A stretch of DNA of 64,000 nucleotides, from NCBI GenBank assembly GCA_964604305.1, contig CAZRYM010000004.1:4553-68552 (forward strand), given 5' to 3'. A program made the position numbers and the translations under genes. How positions within the stretch are numbered: position 1 is the stretch's first letter; every line of letters begins with the position of its first letter. This DNA is from an uncultured Thermotogaceae bacterium (GTDB lineage Bacteria > Thermotogota > Thermotogae > MWEM01). Under the pieces are notes generated by a model, which saw only the letters and a list, made by a program, of their open reading frames with translations, did not search any database and was not told where the DNA came from. Shown piece by piece: positions 1 to 9,206 of this stretch.

Positions 1-206
1 AAAGAGTAAAGTATCAGGGAGATAAAATAGAACTTGATCCAATGTTTTCATTTGAACGTAGGATCGTACATGAAACCATCAAAAGAATCAATGGTGTACG
101 GAGTTATTCAAAAGGGCTAGAACCATACAGATACGTGGTTATTGAACCTCAGAAATATGGGAAGAATAATTCTATCGGAAGAAACAACAGGAGGAATGAA
201 AATTGA
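1..206 (+). CDS. C-terminal fragment (R3H domain) of Jag/KhpB-like RNA-binding protein. The 5' end lies outside the window
   Basis: Frame 3 reads ...FERRIVHETIKRINGVRSYSKGLEPYRYVVIEPQKYGKNN... to a TGA at 204-206. The ERRIVHE...RYVVIEP pattern is typical of the R3H domain at the C-terminus of Jag/KhpB. It is not in the ORF track because it has no start codon in the window. Confidence 0.45.
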   Translation, partial: RVKYQGDKIELDPMFSFERRIVHETIKRINGVRSYSKGLEPYRYVVIEPQKYGKNNSIGRNNRRNEN

Positions 207-559
207 AAGAGGGAAAAGTAATAAATTGGAAAGAGATTAGCCCAGAAATCATCAATACCCAAGAGATAAAAGGTGTTAAAAAGAGGGTTGTCATAGGAGA
301 GAAAGAAGGAGCTGAGAATTTTATTCTTAGAGTTTTTACAGTAGCTCCCGGAGGTTATTCTCCAAGACATGTCCATCCGTGGGAACATGAAGTGTTTGTT
401 TTACGTGGAGAAGGGAAGGTTCTCTTGGGAGATAAATATTCTAAAATTTCTCTTGGACAAGCTGTCTTCGTACCAGAAGCTATAGAACATCAATTTGTCA
501 ATACATCTGAAACGGAAGAGTTTGAGTTTATATGTGTTATACCAAAAGGTGGCCTTTAA
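203..559 (+). CDS. Cupin-domain protein
   Basis: 118 aa. GGYSPRHVHPWEHEVFVLRGEG is a cupin motif-1-like G(X)5HXH(X)3,4E(X)6G. The start is TTG and is preceded by AGGAGG at 187-192. Confidence 0.65.
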   Translation: MKEGKVINWKEISPEIINTQEIKGVKKRVVIGEKEGAENFILRVFTVAPGGYSPRHVHPWEHEVFVLRGEGKVLLGDKYSKISLGQAVFVPEAIEHQFVNTSETEEFEFICVIPKGGL

Positions 560-563
560 ACTT

Positions 564-592
564 TTTACAAAATGAGAGACCTGTGTTATAAT
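564..592 (+). promoter_or_regulatory. Sigma70-type promoter upstream of the ACP-like gene: TTTACA, 17 nt spacer, extended -10 TGtTATAAT
   Basis: TTTACA at 564-569 and TATAAT at 587-592 are preceded by TG at 584-585. The start codon at 617 is preceded by GGGGTGA. Confidence 0.45.
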
Positions 593-616
593 TCCAAGAA
601 TTAAAAACAAATCGGG

Positions 617-922
617 GTGATATACATGACAAAAAGTGAGATTTTTAAACATTTGAAAAAGATGCTAATGGAAAAATTCAATCTTGAAAGTGATGATGTA
701 AAACTAGAGTCCACCTTTGTAGATGATTTTGGAGCCGATTCGCTGGATTTAGTGGATTTTGTTATGGCTATTGAAGATGAATTTGGGATAAGGATAGACG
801 AAGACGACACTGACAAAATCACTTGCGTTGAAGACGCTGTCAATTTTATTTTCGAAGAAATGGGTGGTTCAGCAGATGAAGAAGATATAATTGATGATGA
901 TGAAGAAGAGGAATTAAACTAA
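617..922 (+). CDS. Acyl carrier protein-like with an unusual poly-acidic C-terminal extension
   Basis: DSLDLVDFVMAIEDEFG contains the ACP phosphopantetheine-attachment DSL motif. The protein is 101 aa against roughly 77 for canonical AcpP. The tail is EEMGGSADEEDIIDDDEEEELN. Confidence 0.7.
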   Translation: MIYMTKSEIFKHLKKMLMEKFNLESDDVKLESTFVDDFGADSLDLVDFVMAIEDEFGIRIDEDDTDKITCVEDAVNFIFEEMGGSADEEDIIDDDEEEELN

Positions 923-945
923 CAAAACACACTTGTTAATTATAT

Positions 946-986
946 GGGGGCGGTGAAATCAAACGCCCCTAACTTATTTCTGTTTA
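946..986 (+). terminator. Rho-independent terminator after the ACP-like gene
   Basis: A GGGGGCG...CGCCCC hairpin (946-969) is followed by T-rich TAACTTATTTCTGTTT. Confidence 0.5.
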
Positions 987-996
987 TGGAGGAATT

Positions 997-1644
997 ATGA
1001 TAAAAATCGCTCCATCCATACTATCAGCAGATTTTTTAAATCTGGAAAGGTCTATCAATTCCATCATTGATGATGCTGATTTCTTACATATTGATGTAAT
1101 GGATGGGCATTTTGTTCCCAATATCACTATAGGACTGCCAGTAGTAAAGGCGATAAATGACGCCTTTAATATTCCCCTAGATGTTCATTTAATGATAACG
1201 AACCCGGATCAATATATCGAGTCTTTTGCCAGGGCAGGTTCGGATATATTAACTGTACATTTTGAAGTATGCAATCATCTTAATCGAATTATCAATCTTA
1301 TCAAGTCATTAGGAATGCAGGCATTCGTTTCATTGAATCCTCATACGCCGATACACTTTTTATCTGATATCATAGAATATCTTGACGGGGTGCTTTTAAT
1401 GAGTGTTAATCCAGGTTATGGAGGTCAAAAGTTTATTGGAAGTTCCATACGACGAATCCAAGAACTGAATAAACTTAAAATGGAACAAAATCCCTCAATG
1501 ACAATATCCGTTGATGGGGGGATCAATACTGAAAATGTCTTCAAGGTTGTTAGAGCTGGTGCTGATATGATCGTAGCCGGAAGTGCAATCTTCAACTCCA
1601 AAGATCCTTTAAAGACCATAAAAATCATGAAAGGCTTATTATGA
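997..1644 (+). CDS. rpe: Ribulose-phosphate 3-epimerase
   Basis: SILSADF...HIDVMDGHFVPNITIG and MSVNPGYGGQKF are Rpe signatures. The ATGA overlap with ligA indicates translational coupling. Confidence 0.9.
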   Translation: MIKIAPSILSADFLNLERSINSIIDDADFLHIDVMDGHFVPNITIGLPVVKAINDAFNIPLDVHLMITNPDQYIESFARAGSDILTVHFEVCNHLNRIINLIKSLGMQAFVSLNPHTPIHFLSDIIEYLDGVLLMSVNPGYGGQKFIGSSIRRIQELNKLKMEQNPSMTISVDGGINTENVFKVVRAGADMIVAGSAIFNSKDPLKTIKIMKGLL

Positions 1645-3641
1645 CAAAGCAGGAAGAAAAAGCAAAAAAACGTATAGAGGACTTGAGAGAAAAAATTGAG
1701 AAACTCGATTACAATTATTATGTTCTAGCCTCTCCAAAAGTTAGCGATCATGAGTATGATCAGCTTTTCAAAGAACTTGTTGAATTAGAAGAAGAATATC
1801 CTCAGTTTTTTTCAAAAGCCTCTCCAACTCAGAAAGTTGGCTCCAAGATATTAAAGGATTTCAAAAGAGTTGAGCACTCCCAGCCAATGCTAAGTCTTGA
1901 TAATACCTACAATGAAGAAGATATTTACGCCTATTCAGAGAGAATCAAAAGAAACAACCATGAGTCCTTTCATTATTGTGTTGAACTCAAGATCGATGGA
2001 GTATCCTTTGCCGCTAGATATGTGGAGGGGAAACTGGACAAGGGTATTTCCAGAGGAAATGGCGTTTTAGGAGAGGACATAACCGAACATCTCAAACAAA
2101 CTAAGGGGATCCCCAAAAAGCTCAACGAACCAATCAATCTGGAAGTCAGGGGAGAAGTTTACATGCCGGAAGAAATCTTTGTGCAGGTAAACAAAGTTCG
2201 TGAGGAGAATGGCCTAGAAGTTTTTGCCAATCCCAGGAATGCAACAGCAGGAACATTCAGACAATTAAATACAATAGAAGTCAGAAAACGGGGTATAGGA
2301 TCATTTACATACTCAATCATTGAACCTGAAAAGTTTGAAATCACAACTCAAACTCAGATGCTTGAACGACTAAAAGCCCTTGGGTTTGTTGTGGAGACAC
2401 ATCACAAAAGGGTTAATTCAATAGCTGATGTAATCGATTATTGGCAGAGATGGACACAGAAGAGACATGAGCTTAACTTTGATATTGATGGGCTGGTTGT
2501 GAAAGTTGATGAATTAGGGTTACAAAAAAAACTCGGAACTACTTCACATAGTCCAAGATGGGCAATTGCTTTTAAATTTCCAGCTGAACAAAAAGAAACG
2601 ACTCTGGAATCGGTTGTTTGGAGTGTGGGAAGAACAGGAGTAATTACCCCGGTTGCACAGCTTGCCCCTGTAAATCTTGCCGGAACAACTGTAAAAAACG
2701 CCAACCTTCATAACATGGACAACATTCGGGAAAAAGATATCAGAGAAAAAGACAAAGTTATAATCGAAAAAGCCGGGGAGATCATTCCACAAGTTGTCAG
2801 TGTTTTAAAAGAGAAGCGAACCGGTAGAGAAAAGAATATCCAATTGCCTGAGAATTGTCCTGTTTGCGGTGGGGAAGTGGGGAAAACCAAACCTGAGGAA
2901 GTTGCCATCAGATGCCTAAATCCAGCGTGTCCGGCAAAAGTGAAACGTGCTTTACAAACTTTCGCTTCAAGAGAGGCAATGAATATCGAAGGGTTGGGGG
3001 AAAAGATTATACACCAGCTGGTGGAAAGAGAACAAGTGGAAGATGTGGCTGATATTTATTTCTTATCAGAAGACAAGTTAATAACGTTGGATAGAATGGG
3101 TCAAAAGTCAGCTAATAACCTTTTGAGAGAAATTCAACAGAGTAAGAACAAACAGCTACATAATCTTTTAACAGGCTTGGGAATTCCTAACGTAGGTAAA
3201 AAGACGGCAAAGGAGATTTCAAAACATTTTACTTCTTTGGATGAAATTGCAAAAGCTGGCGTAGAAGACCTTAAAGAGATAGAAGGCGTGGGAGAAGAGA
3301 TGGCTAGAGGCATTTGCCGTTTTTTTAATAACGACAGGGTAAAAACAATCATAGAAAAATTTAAGAAGGCTAATGTTAAATTGTCAGAGGAAAAGAAAGA
3401 ACAAAAGGGAACCCAATTGGTAGGTTTGAAATTTGTTATTACAGGAGAGCTAGAAACTGCTACAAGATCTGAGATTAAGGAAATGATTGAAACAGAAGGT
3501 GGTGCAACAACTAGTGCTGTTTCCAAAAAAACTGATTATCTTCTTTGCGGTGAAAATCCGGGAACAAAATTGGAAAAGGCAAAAAAACTGGGTATAACTA
3601 TTATCTCCGAGAGGGATTTTTACAATCTGTTGAATAGATAG
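1641..3641 (+). CDS. ligA: NAD-dependent DNA ligase
   Basis: 666 aa. The adenylation motif is CVELKIDGVS (KxDG). The zinc finger is CPVCGGEV...CLNPACPAK. HhH and C-terminal BRCT regions are present. Confidence 0.95.
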   Translation: MTKQEEKAKKRIEDLREKIEKLDYNYYVLASPKVSDHEYDQLFKELVELEEEYPQFFSKASPTQKVGSKILKDFKRVEHSQPMLSLDNTYNEEDIYAYSERIKRNNHESFHYCVELKIDGVSFAARYVEGKLDKGISRGNGVLGEDITEHLKQTKGIPKKLNEPINLEVRGEVYMPEEIFVQVNKVREENGLEVFANPRNATAGTFRQLNTIEVRKRGIGSFTYSIIEPEKFEITTQTQMLERLKALGFVVETHHKRVNSIADVIDYWQRWTQKRHELNFDIDGLVVKVDELGLQKKLGTTSHSPRWAIAFKFPAEQKETTLESVVWSVGRTGVITPVAQLAPVNLAGTTVKNANLHNMDNIREKDIREKDKVIIEKAGEIIPQVVSVLKEKRTGREKNIQLPENCPVCGGEVGKTKPEEVAIRCLNPACPAKVKRALQTFASREAMNIEGLGEKIIHQLVEREQVEDVADIYFLSEDKLITLDRMGQKSANNLLREIQQSKNKQLHNLLTGLGIPNVGKKTAKEISKHFTSLDEIAKAGVEDLKEIEGVGEEMARGICRFFNNDRVKTIIEKFKKANVKLSEEKKEQKGTQLVGLKFVITGELETATRSEIKEMIETEGGATTSAVSKKTDYLLCGENPGTKLEKAKKLGITIISERDFYNLLNR

Positions 3642-3666
3642 TGCACTCTTACATTGAAAAATCTTA

Positions 3667-4827
3667 TTAATTTGAAAACTTCGAAATCCATTCTTTAAAG
3701 GCATACAATAATTGTGTATCAAGTAACAAGTAAAAGATTGTCCCAAGCAAAACAAAAAGAATATCCGGTCCCCAAGTCGCAAATATGGGGTTAATGTGCC
3801 AGGGACTCCAACGATCGGCTCTTCCCATAGCAGCCATCCACTGTGTTGAGCCCTGATAAAGTGCAATGAGCAGGAAAGTAAAGATGACACTCCAAGCTTT
3901 GCTTTTTATATTTAATGCAAGCGACAGAGGAACGCCCAATATGGCGATAACAAGCGGACCCAAAGATTGTGCATAACGTGTATGGAGTTCGACTTCAAAG
4001 GAGAAGGTTTCCCGATTGTTTATTCCCCTTTTTTTATTTTCACGAATGATGTACAACAGTTCGCTTGAGGTCATGTTGTATTGATTCTTATTGGTGAGTA
4101 GAAAATAGTAATTAATATCAGCGTTGATCATCTGCTTTTGTTCATCTGAAATAGGGCGTTGAATCATTTTTGAATCCTCTGTAGCAGTGTATATTTTCAT
4201 TTCAGAGAGATCCCAAATGTCTCTATCATTATCATAAGTTATCTGTTCAGCATAATAAATATCCATTATGTTTTTTTTCGAGTTGATATCGTAAAGAAAA
4301 ACACCGTTTAACTCTTTCCTGTTTGCATATACTCTTTTCATAAAAAGATATCTATCATCACTGAGAAGTAGGAATTTATCAATTCCCGAAGAAAGATAAA
4401 TTTCTGCCTGTCTGTTTCGATAAAGCTGTGGTACAACAGATTCTTTTAAGAAGAAAGTAAAAATAGATAAGATTATTCCCAGTATCAAAAAAGGAGTAAC
4501 GATTCGTTTTAATTTGATGCCATGTACTTGAAGGGCAATAATCTCGTTATTTGACTCTAATTTTGATAGCAACCAAAAGATTGATAAGAGAACCCCCACC
4601 GGAATGGCTTGGGGAATATATCTTGGGATTTGTTGCAAAATAAATGGAAACATTCTCCAAAATGACATGTCGTTTCTAACAATTTCTGATGACACTTCTA
4701 TTAGGATAAATACGTTGGCATATAATAAAAATCCCCCAAAACCAAGAATAAATGGCAATACCGAGGATTTGATAATGTATCTCTTCAAGATACTCAAATC
4801 TTTTCCTCCGTTCTCATTTTCTAACAA
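3667..4827 (-). CDS. LptF/LptG-family (YjgP/YjgQ) LPS export permease
   Basis: 386 aa. TM segments lie at both ends around a large central periplasmic beta-jellyroll-like domain. It is paired with a paralog immediately upstream. Confidence 0.7.
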   Translation of the reverse strand: MLENENGGKDLSILKRYIIKSSVLPFILGFGGFLLYANVFILIEVSSEIVRNDMSFWRMFPFILQQIPRYIPQAIPVGVLLSIFWLLSKLESNNEIIALQVHGIKLKRIVTPFLILGIILSIFTFFLKESVVPQLYRNRQAEIYLSSGIDKFLLLSDDRYLFMKRVYANRKELNGVFLYDINSKKNIMDIYYAEQITYDNDRDIWDLSEMKIYTATEDSKMIQRPISDEQKQMINADINYYFLLTNKNQYNMTSSELLYIIRENKKRGINNRETFSFEVELHTRYAQSLGPLVIAILGVPLSLALNIKSKAWSVIFTFLLIALYQGSTQWMAAMGRADRWSPWHINPIFATWGPDILFVLLGTIFYLLLDTQLLYAFKEWISKFSN

Positions 4828-6031
4828 ACTGCTCTTTCATAAAATAAATGATTTTTGTATCCAGTAAAATGAATAACAACAAACCTAAAAAAAGAAAGAT
4901 TAGATCAGGTGTCCATACAGCCAAAGAGGGGTTTAACCTATACCTGGTGTTGGCATTGGAAGCGACGTTATGTAATGCGACACTTTGCATAAAAATTTCC
5001 CCTGCTTTAAAACTACCGATTAACAAAAAGCTGATAACAATACTCCAGGATTTGCTTTTAATGTTTGACACAAGACATATAGATGTGCCTAATAGCGCTA
5101 TAATGAAGGGGCTTAAAGATTTAGCCAATCTGGAATTTAACTCTAGAAATGCCCTGTCTTGCTTTTCAGGAATGTTTAACATCTTATACAATTCTGCAGA
5201 TGTTGAATATTTGAATGGATTTTGTTGGTTATTATCTTGCTGACCATAGATATTGACTTCACTGAAAATACTCATTGCATCCTTCAAAGAATCGCTCAGT
5301 TCTTCAGATAATTCTTCAAATTCAGTTTCATCAAACTCTACATTCAGGGTTAAACCTCTATCATCATCCAAATTAACTACCTGACCGTCTATCATTCTCC
5401 AATTGTCATTATCAGTTCGTTTTTCCAATTCATCTGCAAAGATTGTCTTGACAGATGATTGTCCAATTTCATAAACAATCACATCATCCAGGGTATGGTT
5501 ATTGATGGGTTGTTTGACGTAGAAATACTTATTACCTGTAATGGGTAGAAATTTATTTGAAATTGTTGAATATCCGATAGTTTCAGACATAAAATCGGTC
5601 AATTCCCTTTCTTTTTGAGTATTGAACATGGGTATAATGTAATCATTTAATAAAAAAGTAAAGAGACTCAACATCAATCCAAAGATTAAAAAAGGTATTA
5701 CAACGGTTTTGAAGGAAATCCCATGTACTTGTAAAGCCATTAATTCGTTTTTTGTGGACATCTGAGACAGGATCCAAAAAATCGACAACAAAACACCCAC
5801 CGGTATTGCCTCAGCTCCAAGTTCCGGTAAAAAGAAATATAGAAGCTGAAATAATCTCCAGGGTGGTATGCCATAATCGATGATATTTAATGAGAGAAAG
5901 TAAAGCAGATTTACACTGACAAATATTATAAATCCAAAAAAACCCAGAAAAAACGGGGATATTCCATTTCTCCAAACATATCTGTTAAGTGTTTTCAAAT
6001 TACGGCTCCTTCTACAATGCTCAAGATACAT
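4814..6031 (-). CDS. LptF/LptG-family (YjgP/YjgQ) LPS export permease
   Basis: 405 aa. It has the same architecture as its neighbour and overlaps it by 14 nt. Confidence 0.7.
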   Translation of the reverse strand: MYLEHCRRSRNLKTLNRYVWRNGISPFFLGFFGFIIFVSVNLLYFLSLNIIDYGIPPWRLFQLLYFFLPELGAEAIPVGVLLSIFWILSQMSTKNELMALQVHGISFKTVVIPFLIFGLMLSLFTFLLNDYIIPMFNTQKERELTDFMSETIGYSTISNKFLPITGNKYFYVKQPINNHTLDDVIVYEIGQSSVKTIFADELEKRTDNDNWRMIDGQVVNLDDDRGLTLNVEFDETEFEELSEELSDSLKDAMSIFSEVNIYGQQDNNQQNPFKYSTSAELYKMLNIPEKQDRAFLELNSRLAKSLSPFIIALLGTSICLVSNIKSKSWSIVISFLLIGSFKAGEIFMQSVALHNVASNANTRYRLNPSLAVWTPDLIFLFLGLLLFILLDTKIIYFMKEQFVRK

Positions 6032-6086
6032 TTTATCATATTTTCCTTTGATTTCCCCATTTTGTTACTTTTTATAGGTTTTAGTG

Positions 6087-6115
6087 TTGACATTATCTGT
6101 ACTATCTGTTATAAT
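6087..6115 (+). promoter_or_regulatory. Perfect-consensus sigma70 promoter: TTGACA, 17 nt spacer, TATAAT
   Basis: TTGACA at 6087-6092, the spacer TTATCTGTACTATCTGT (17 nt) and TATAAT at 6110-6115. AGGGAGGA at 6124-6131 precedes the ATG at 6139. Confidence 0.6.
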
Positions 6116-6138
6116 ACACTAATAGGGAGGATGATAAG

Positions 6139-7446
6139 ATGAAAATGGTTATAGTAATTGTTTTGGCATTATTAGTGACTGCTTCATTTGGTTTTTCTCA
6201 GGACAACGATAAAGAGGTTTTTGAAGATTATCTGACATCTTTTTTGAATGGGGATTATGATAGGGCAGTTGAAATGCAGACTGAACAGATGACAAAAGTC
6301 TTTAGTATTCAATCAATGAAACAATCTTCAGATGTTATTGTCAAGCAATATGGCAAACCTGAGTCTGAATACAGTACAGAACTGATTGAACAGGATGGTT
6401 TTAAAGTTTATATCAGACTGATGAAAACGACGAAGGGCTATATCAAATTTACGGTTACGGTGGATGAAAATTCAAAAATATCAGGTTTTTTCGCTGCACC
6501 GGTACAGGATCCTAGGAAAAGCATACCGTATGTGAACAAAGATTCATTTACAGAACAAAAGGTGAAATTTGGAGTTAAAGAATGGAAATTGGATGGAGTA
6601 TTGACAATCCCCAATAATAAGGATACTTACCCTTTAATGATAATCGTTGGAGGATCAGGTCCCACTGATATGAACGGTACTGTTGGACCTAATACTCCAT
6701 ATAAAGATATTGCCGAAGGATTGGCAACTTCGGGAATAGGTGTTTTAAGATATAATAAGCGTGCTGCGCAATACAGTTCCAAGATTAGTTCAGCCATAGA
6801 GGAAATCGAGAATATTTTGGATTTTGAATATGTGAATGATCTTTTAGAAGCCATTGATTACGCCTCAAATATTGAAGGAGTTAATCAAATTCTTCTTGCA
6901 GGACACAGTTTGGGAGGAACTATCGTTCCGAAGATTGCATCGAATTCCAAGAAAATTGACGGAATTGTCTTATTAGCTCCCGGTGTCAGAAGATTTGCCC
7001 AGATTAGTCTGGATCAAAATAGATATGCAAAAGATTACTTTGGTATAACAGATGAACAAATGAAACAAGTGGAACAATTATTCACGATGATTTTAAATCA
7101 TGAATTACCTGAAAATATGTCTATACAAGAAGGATTGACGGTAGGTTATTATTATGAAATGGATCAGTATAGGCCCCTTGATGATTTGACATCCTACAAA
7201 AAGCCGACTTTAGTTATACAAGGTGTAGAGGATTTTCAAGCGACCATGAAAGGGGATTTTTTACCTTTGAAAGAAAAATACGGTGAAAGGAAAAACTTTT
7301 CTTTTATTGCGTTGAACGGTATCAATCATTTATTTATGAAAAGTGAGGAAGGTGTATTTCATTGGACGGATGAATACAACAAACCTGGCTTTGTAGACAA
7401 AAGGGTGATTGATGCAATAGTTGAGTGGATAGGAATTCACTTTTAG
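6139..7446 (+). CDS. Secreted alpha/beta-hydrolase (serine esterase or peptidase-like)
   Basis: An N-terminal signal peptide (MKMVIVIVLALLVTASFGFS) and the GHSLGG nucleophile-elbow motif. Confidence 0.6.
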   Translation: MKMVIVIVLALLVTASFGFSQDNDKEVFEDYLTSFLNGDYDRAVEMQTEQMTKVFSIQSMKQSSDVIVKQYGKPESEYSTELIEQDGFKVYIRLMKTTKGYIKFTVTVDENSKISGFFAAPVQDPRKSIPYVNKDSFTEQKVKFGVKEWKLDGVLTIPNNKDTYPLMIIVGGSGPTDMNGTVGPNTPYKDIAEGLATSGIGVLRYNKRAAQYSSKISSAIEEIENILDFEYVNDLLEAIDYASNIEGVNQILLAGHSLGGTIVPKIASNSKKIDGIVLLAPGVRRFAQISLDQNRYAKDYFGITDEQMKQVEQLFTMILNHELPENMSIQEGLTVGYYYEMDQYRPLDDLTSYKKPTLVIQGVEDFQATMKGDFLPLKEKYGERKNFSFIALNGINHLFMKSEEGVFHWTDEYNKPGFVDKRVIDAIVEWIGIHF

Positions 7447-7496
7447 TACCTGTTCTCCCAATGAGTTTTCTGTTATAATCTCATTGGTGATAAAAA

Positions 7497-9206
7497 ATGA
7501 CAAATGGCAAATCAATTTATAACAGTTTAAAAAAATGCTATCCTGAGAATGTTGAATATTTATATCATGAGATTGAGCAAAAAATTGTCCGTTTCAATGT
7601 AAGTCAGATTGAAGAACAAACTCACGTATTAGAAGAAATCAACGCAATTCTAATCACTTACGCAGATACACTCAGAGGGGACGATTCCCCTCTGAGTGTT
7701 TTGAGGTCCTTTCTTTTGGAATATGTGCAGACATCGTTCAATACAGTCCATCTTTTACCGTTTTTCCCCTATTCATCTGATGATGGATTTTCAGTGTTGG
7801 ATTATGAATCTGTTAATCCCAATTACGGAAGTTGGGAAGATATTCAAAAGCTCTCAAGCGAATATAAGTTGATGTTTGATGCAGTCATCAATCACATATC
7901 CCAAAAAAGCTATTGGTTTCAGTCTTTTTTGAAGGAAGAAGAAGTCTTTAAAAATTACTTCATCTGTGTCAACGAGGATGAAGATCTTTCTAAAGTAACC
8001 AGACCTAGAGCAACACCATTACTGACTGTGTTTGATACCCCTTCTGGCAAAAAACGAGTTTGGACGACCTTTTCTACTGATCAAATTGACTTGAATTATA
8101 AGAATCCGGATGTTTTACTCAAAATTATAGATATCCTTTTTTTGTACATTAAAAAAGGTGCAACTTTAATCAGACTTGATGCTATCGGCTATCTGTGGAA
8201 AGCTCCAGGGACTTGTTGCATCCATCTTGACCAGACCCATGAAATTGTGAAATTGTTTAGAAGTTGTTTGGATGCCCTAAAGAAAAACGCTTTGCTGATT
8301 ACCGAAACAAACGTTCCCCATGATGAAAATATCAGTTATTTTGGAAGCGGGAAAGACGAGGCACACATGGTTTACAATTTCCCCCTCCCTCCTCTTGTAT
8401 TACATGCATATCTTCAAAAGTCTTCAAGAGATTTAAACAGTTGGGTTGAAAATTTGTGTTATCCTGGGACGAGTGCAACGTATTTTAACTTTTTGGCTTC
8501 TCATGACGGGATTGGCTTGATGCCTTTAAATGGACTGGTGAAAGACAGCTTTATAAATGCTTTAGTCAAAAGATGCGAGGAAAATGGGGGCAGGATCTCA
8601 TACAAACGCAATGAGGATGGAACACAGACTCCTTATGAGATGAACATTACATATTTTGATGCAATAAGTGAAAGGAAAAATTCTCCAGATGATAATATCA
8701 GAAAATTCTTGGGAGCTTATTCAATTGCCTTTGCCTTGAAAGGCATCCCGGGGGTCTATATACACAGTTTGCTGGGATCGGTTAATTGGCAGGAGGGGGT
8801 AATGATCAATGGTCATAACAGGGCAATTAACAGAGAGAGAATCGATTTAGAAAATCTCATTGCTCAGCTCCAAGACAAAGATTCCAGAAGAAATAATATC
8901 TTTTTTGGTATGAAAAAGATGCTTGATGTGAGAGCGTCTCAGAAGGCGTTTTCGTTAAAGGCTGATCAAAAGGTTATTCATGGGGATAATAGACTCTTTA
9001 TCATCCAAAGGTCATATGACGGCGATTGTGTTATCGTGATTATAAACTTGACTGAAGAGCAGATGAGTGTTGATCTTCATGAAATGAATGGATATGATCT
9101 TTATCGTGATATTCTGACCAATGAAAAATATCATCGTTATACAAACCTTGAGGCCTATGGGTATCGTTGGCTTAAAAGAGAAAGGGGTGTTTCCGATGAA
9201 AAATGA
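7497..9206 (+). CDS. GH13_18 sucrose-phosphorylase-family glycoside phosphorylase. Substrate unknown: sucrose, glucosylglycerol or glucosylglycerate type
   Basis: LITYADTL...HLLPFFPYSSDDGFSVLDY...GSWEDI...FDAVINHIS...IRLDAIGYLWK aligns with the conserved blocks of sucrose phosphorylase. Confidence 0.75.
   Translation: MTNGKSIYNSLKKCYPENVEYLYHEIEQKIVRFNVSQIEEQTHVLEEINAILITYADTLRGDDSPLSVLRSFLLEYVQTSFNTVHLLPFFPYSSDDGFSVLDYESVNPNYGSWEDIQKLSSEYKLMFDAVINHISQKSYWFQSFLKEEEVFKNYFICVNEDEDLSKVTRPRATPLLTVFDTPSGKKRVWTTFSTDQIDLNYKNPDVLLKIIDILFLYIKKGATLIRLDAIGYLWKAPGTCCIHLDQTHEIVKLFRSCLDALKKNALLITETNVPHDENISYFGSGKDEAHMVYNFPLPPLVLHAYLQKSSRDLNSWVENLCYPGTSATYFNFLASHDGIGLMPLNGLVKDSFINALVKRCEENGGRISYKRNEDGTQTPYEMNITYFDAISERKNSPDDNIRKFLGAYSIAFALKGIPGVYIHSLLGSVNWQEGVMINGHNRAINRERIDLENLIAQLQDKDSRRNNIFFGMKKMLDVRASQKAFSLKADQKVIHGDNRLFIIQRSYDGDCVIVIINLTEEQMSVDLHEMNGYDLYRDILTNEKYHRYTNLEAYGYRWLKRERGVSDEK

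Noticed and set aside
4604-5243. Two plus-strand ORFs (87 aa and 131 aa) antisense to the LptF/LptG permease genes
   Set aside because: They are antisense to long, well-supported membrane-protein genes. Their amino-acid composition is low-complexity, as expected from reading AT-rich coding sequence backwards
9121-9195. Upstream extension of the membrane-protein ORF (start at 9121)
   Set aside because: It would overlap the phosphorylase by 86 nt. The internal ATG at 9196 has a GGGGTG Shine-Dalgarno and gives a sensible N-terminus
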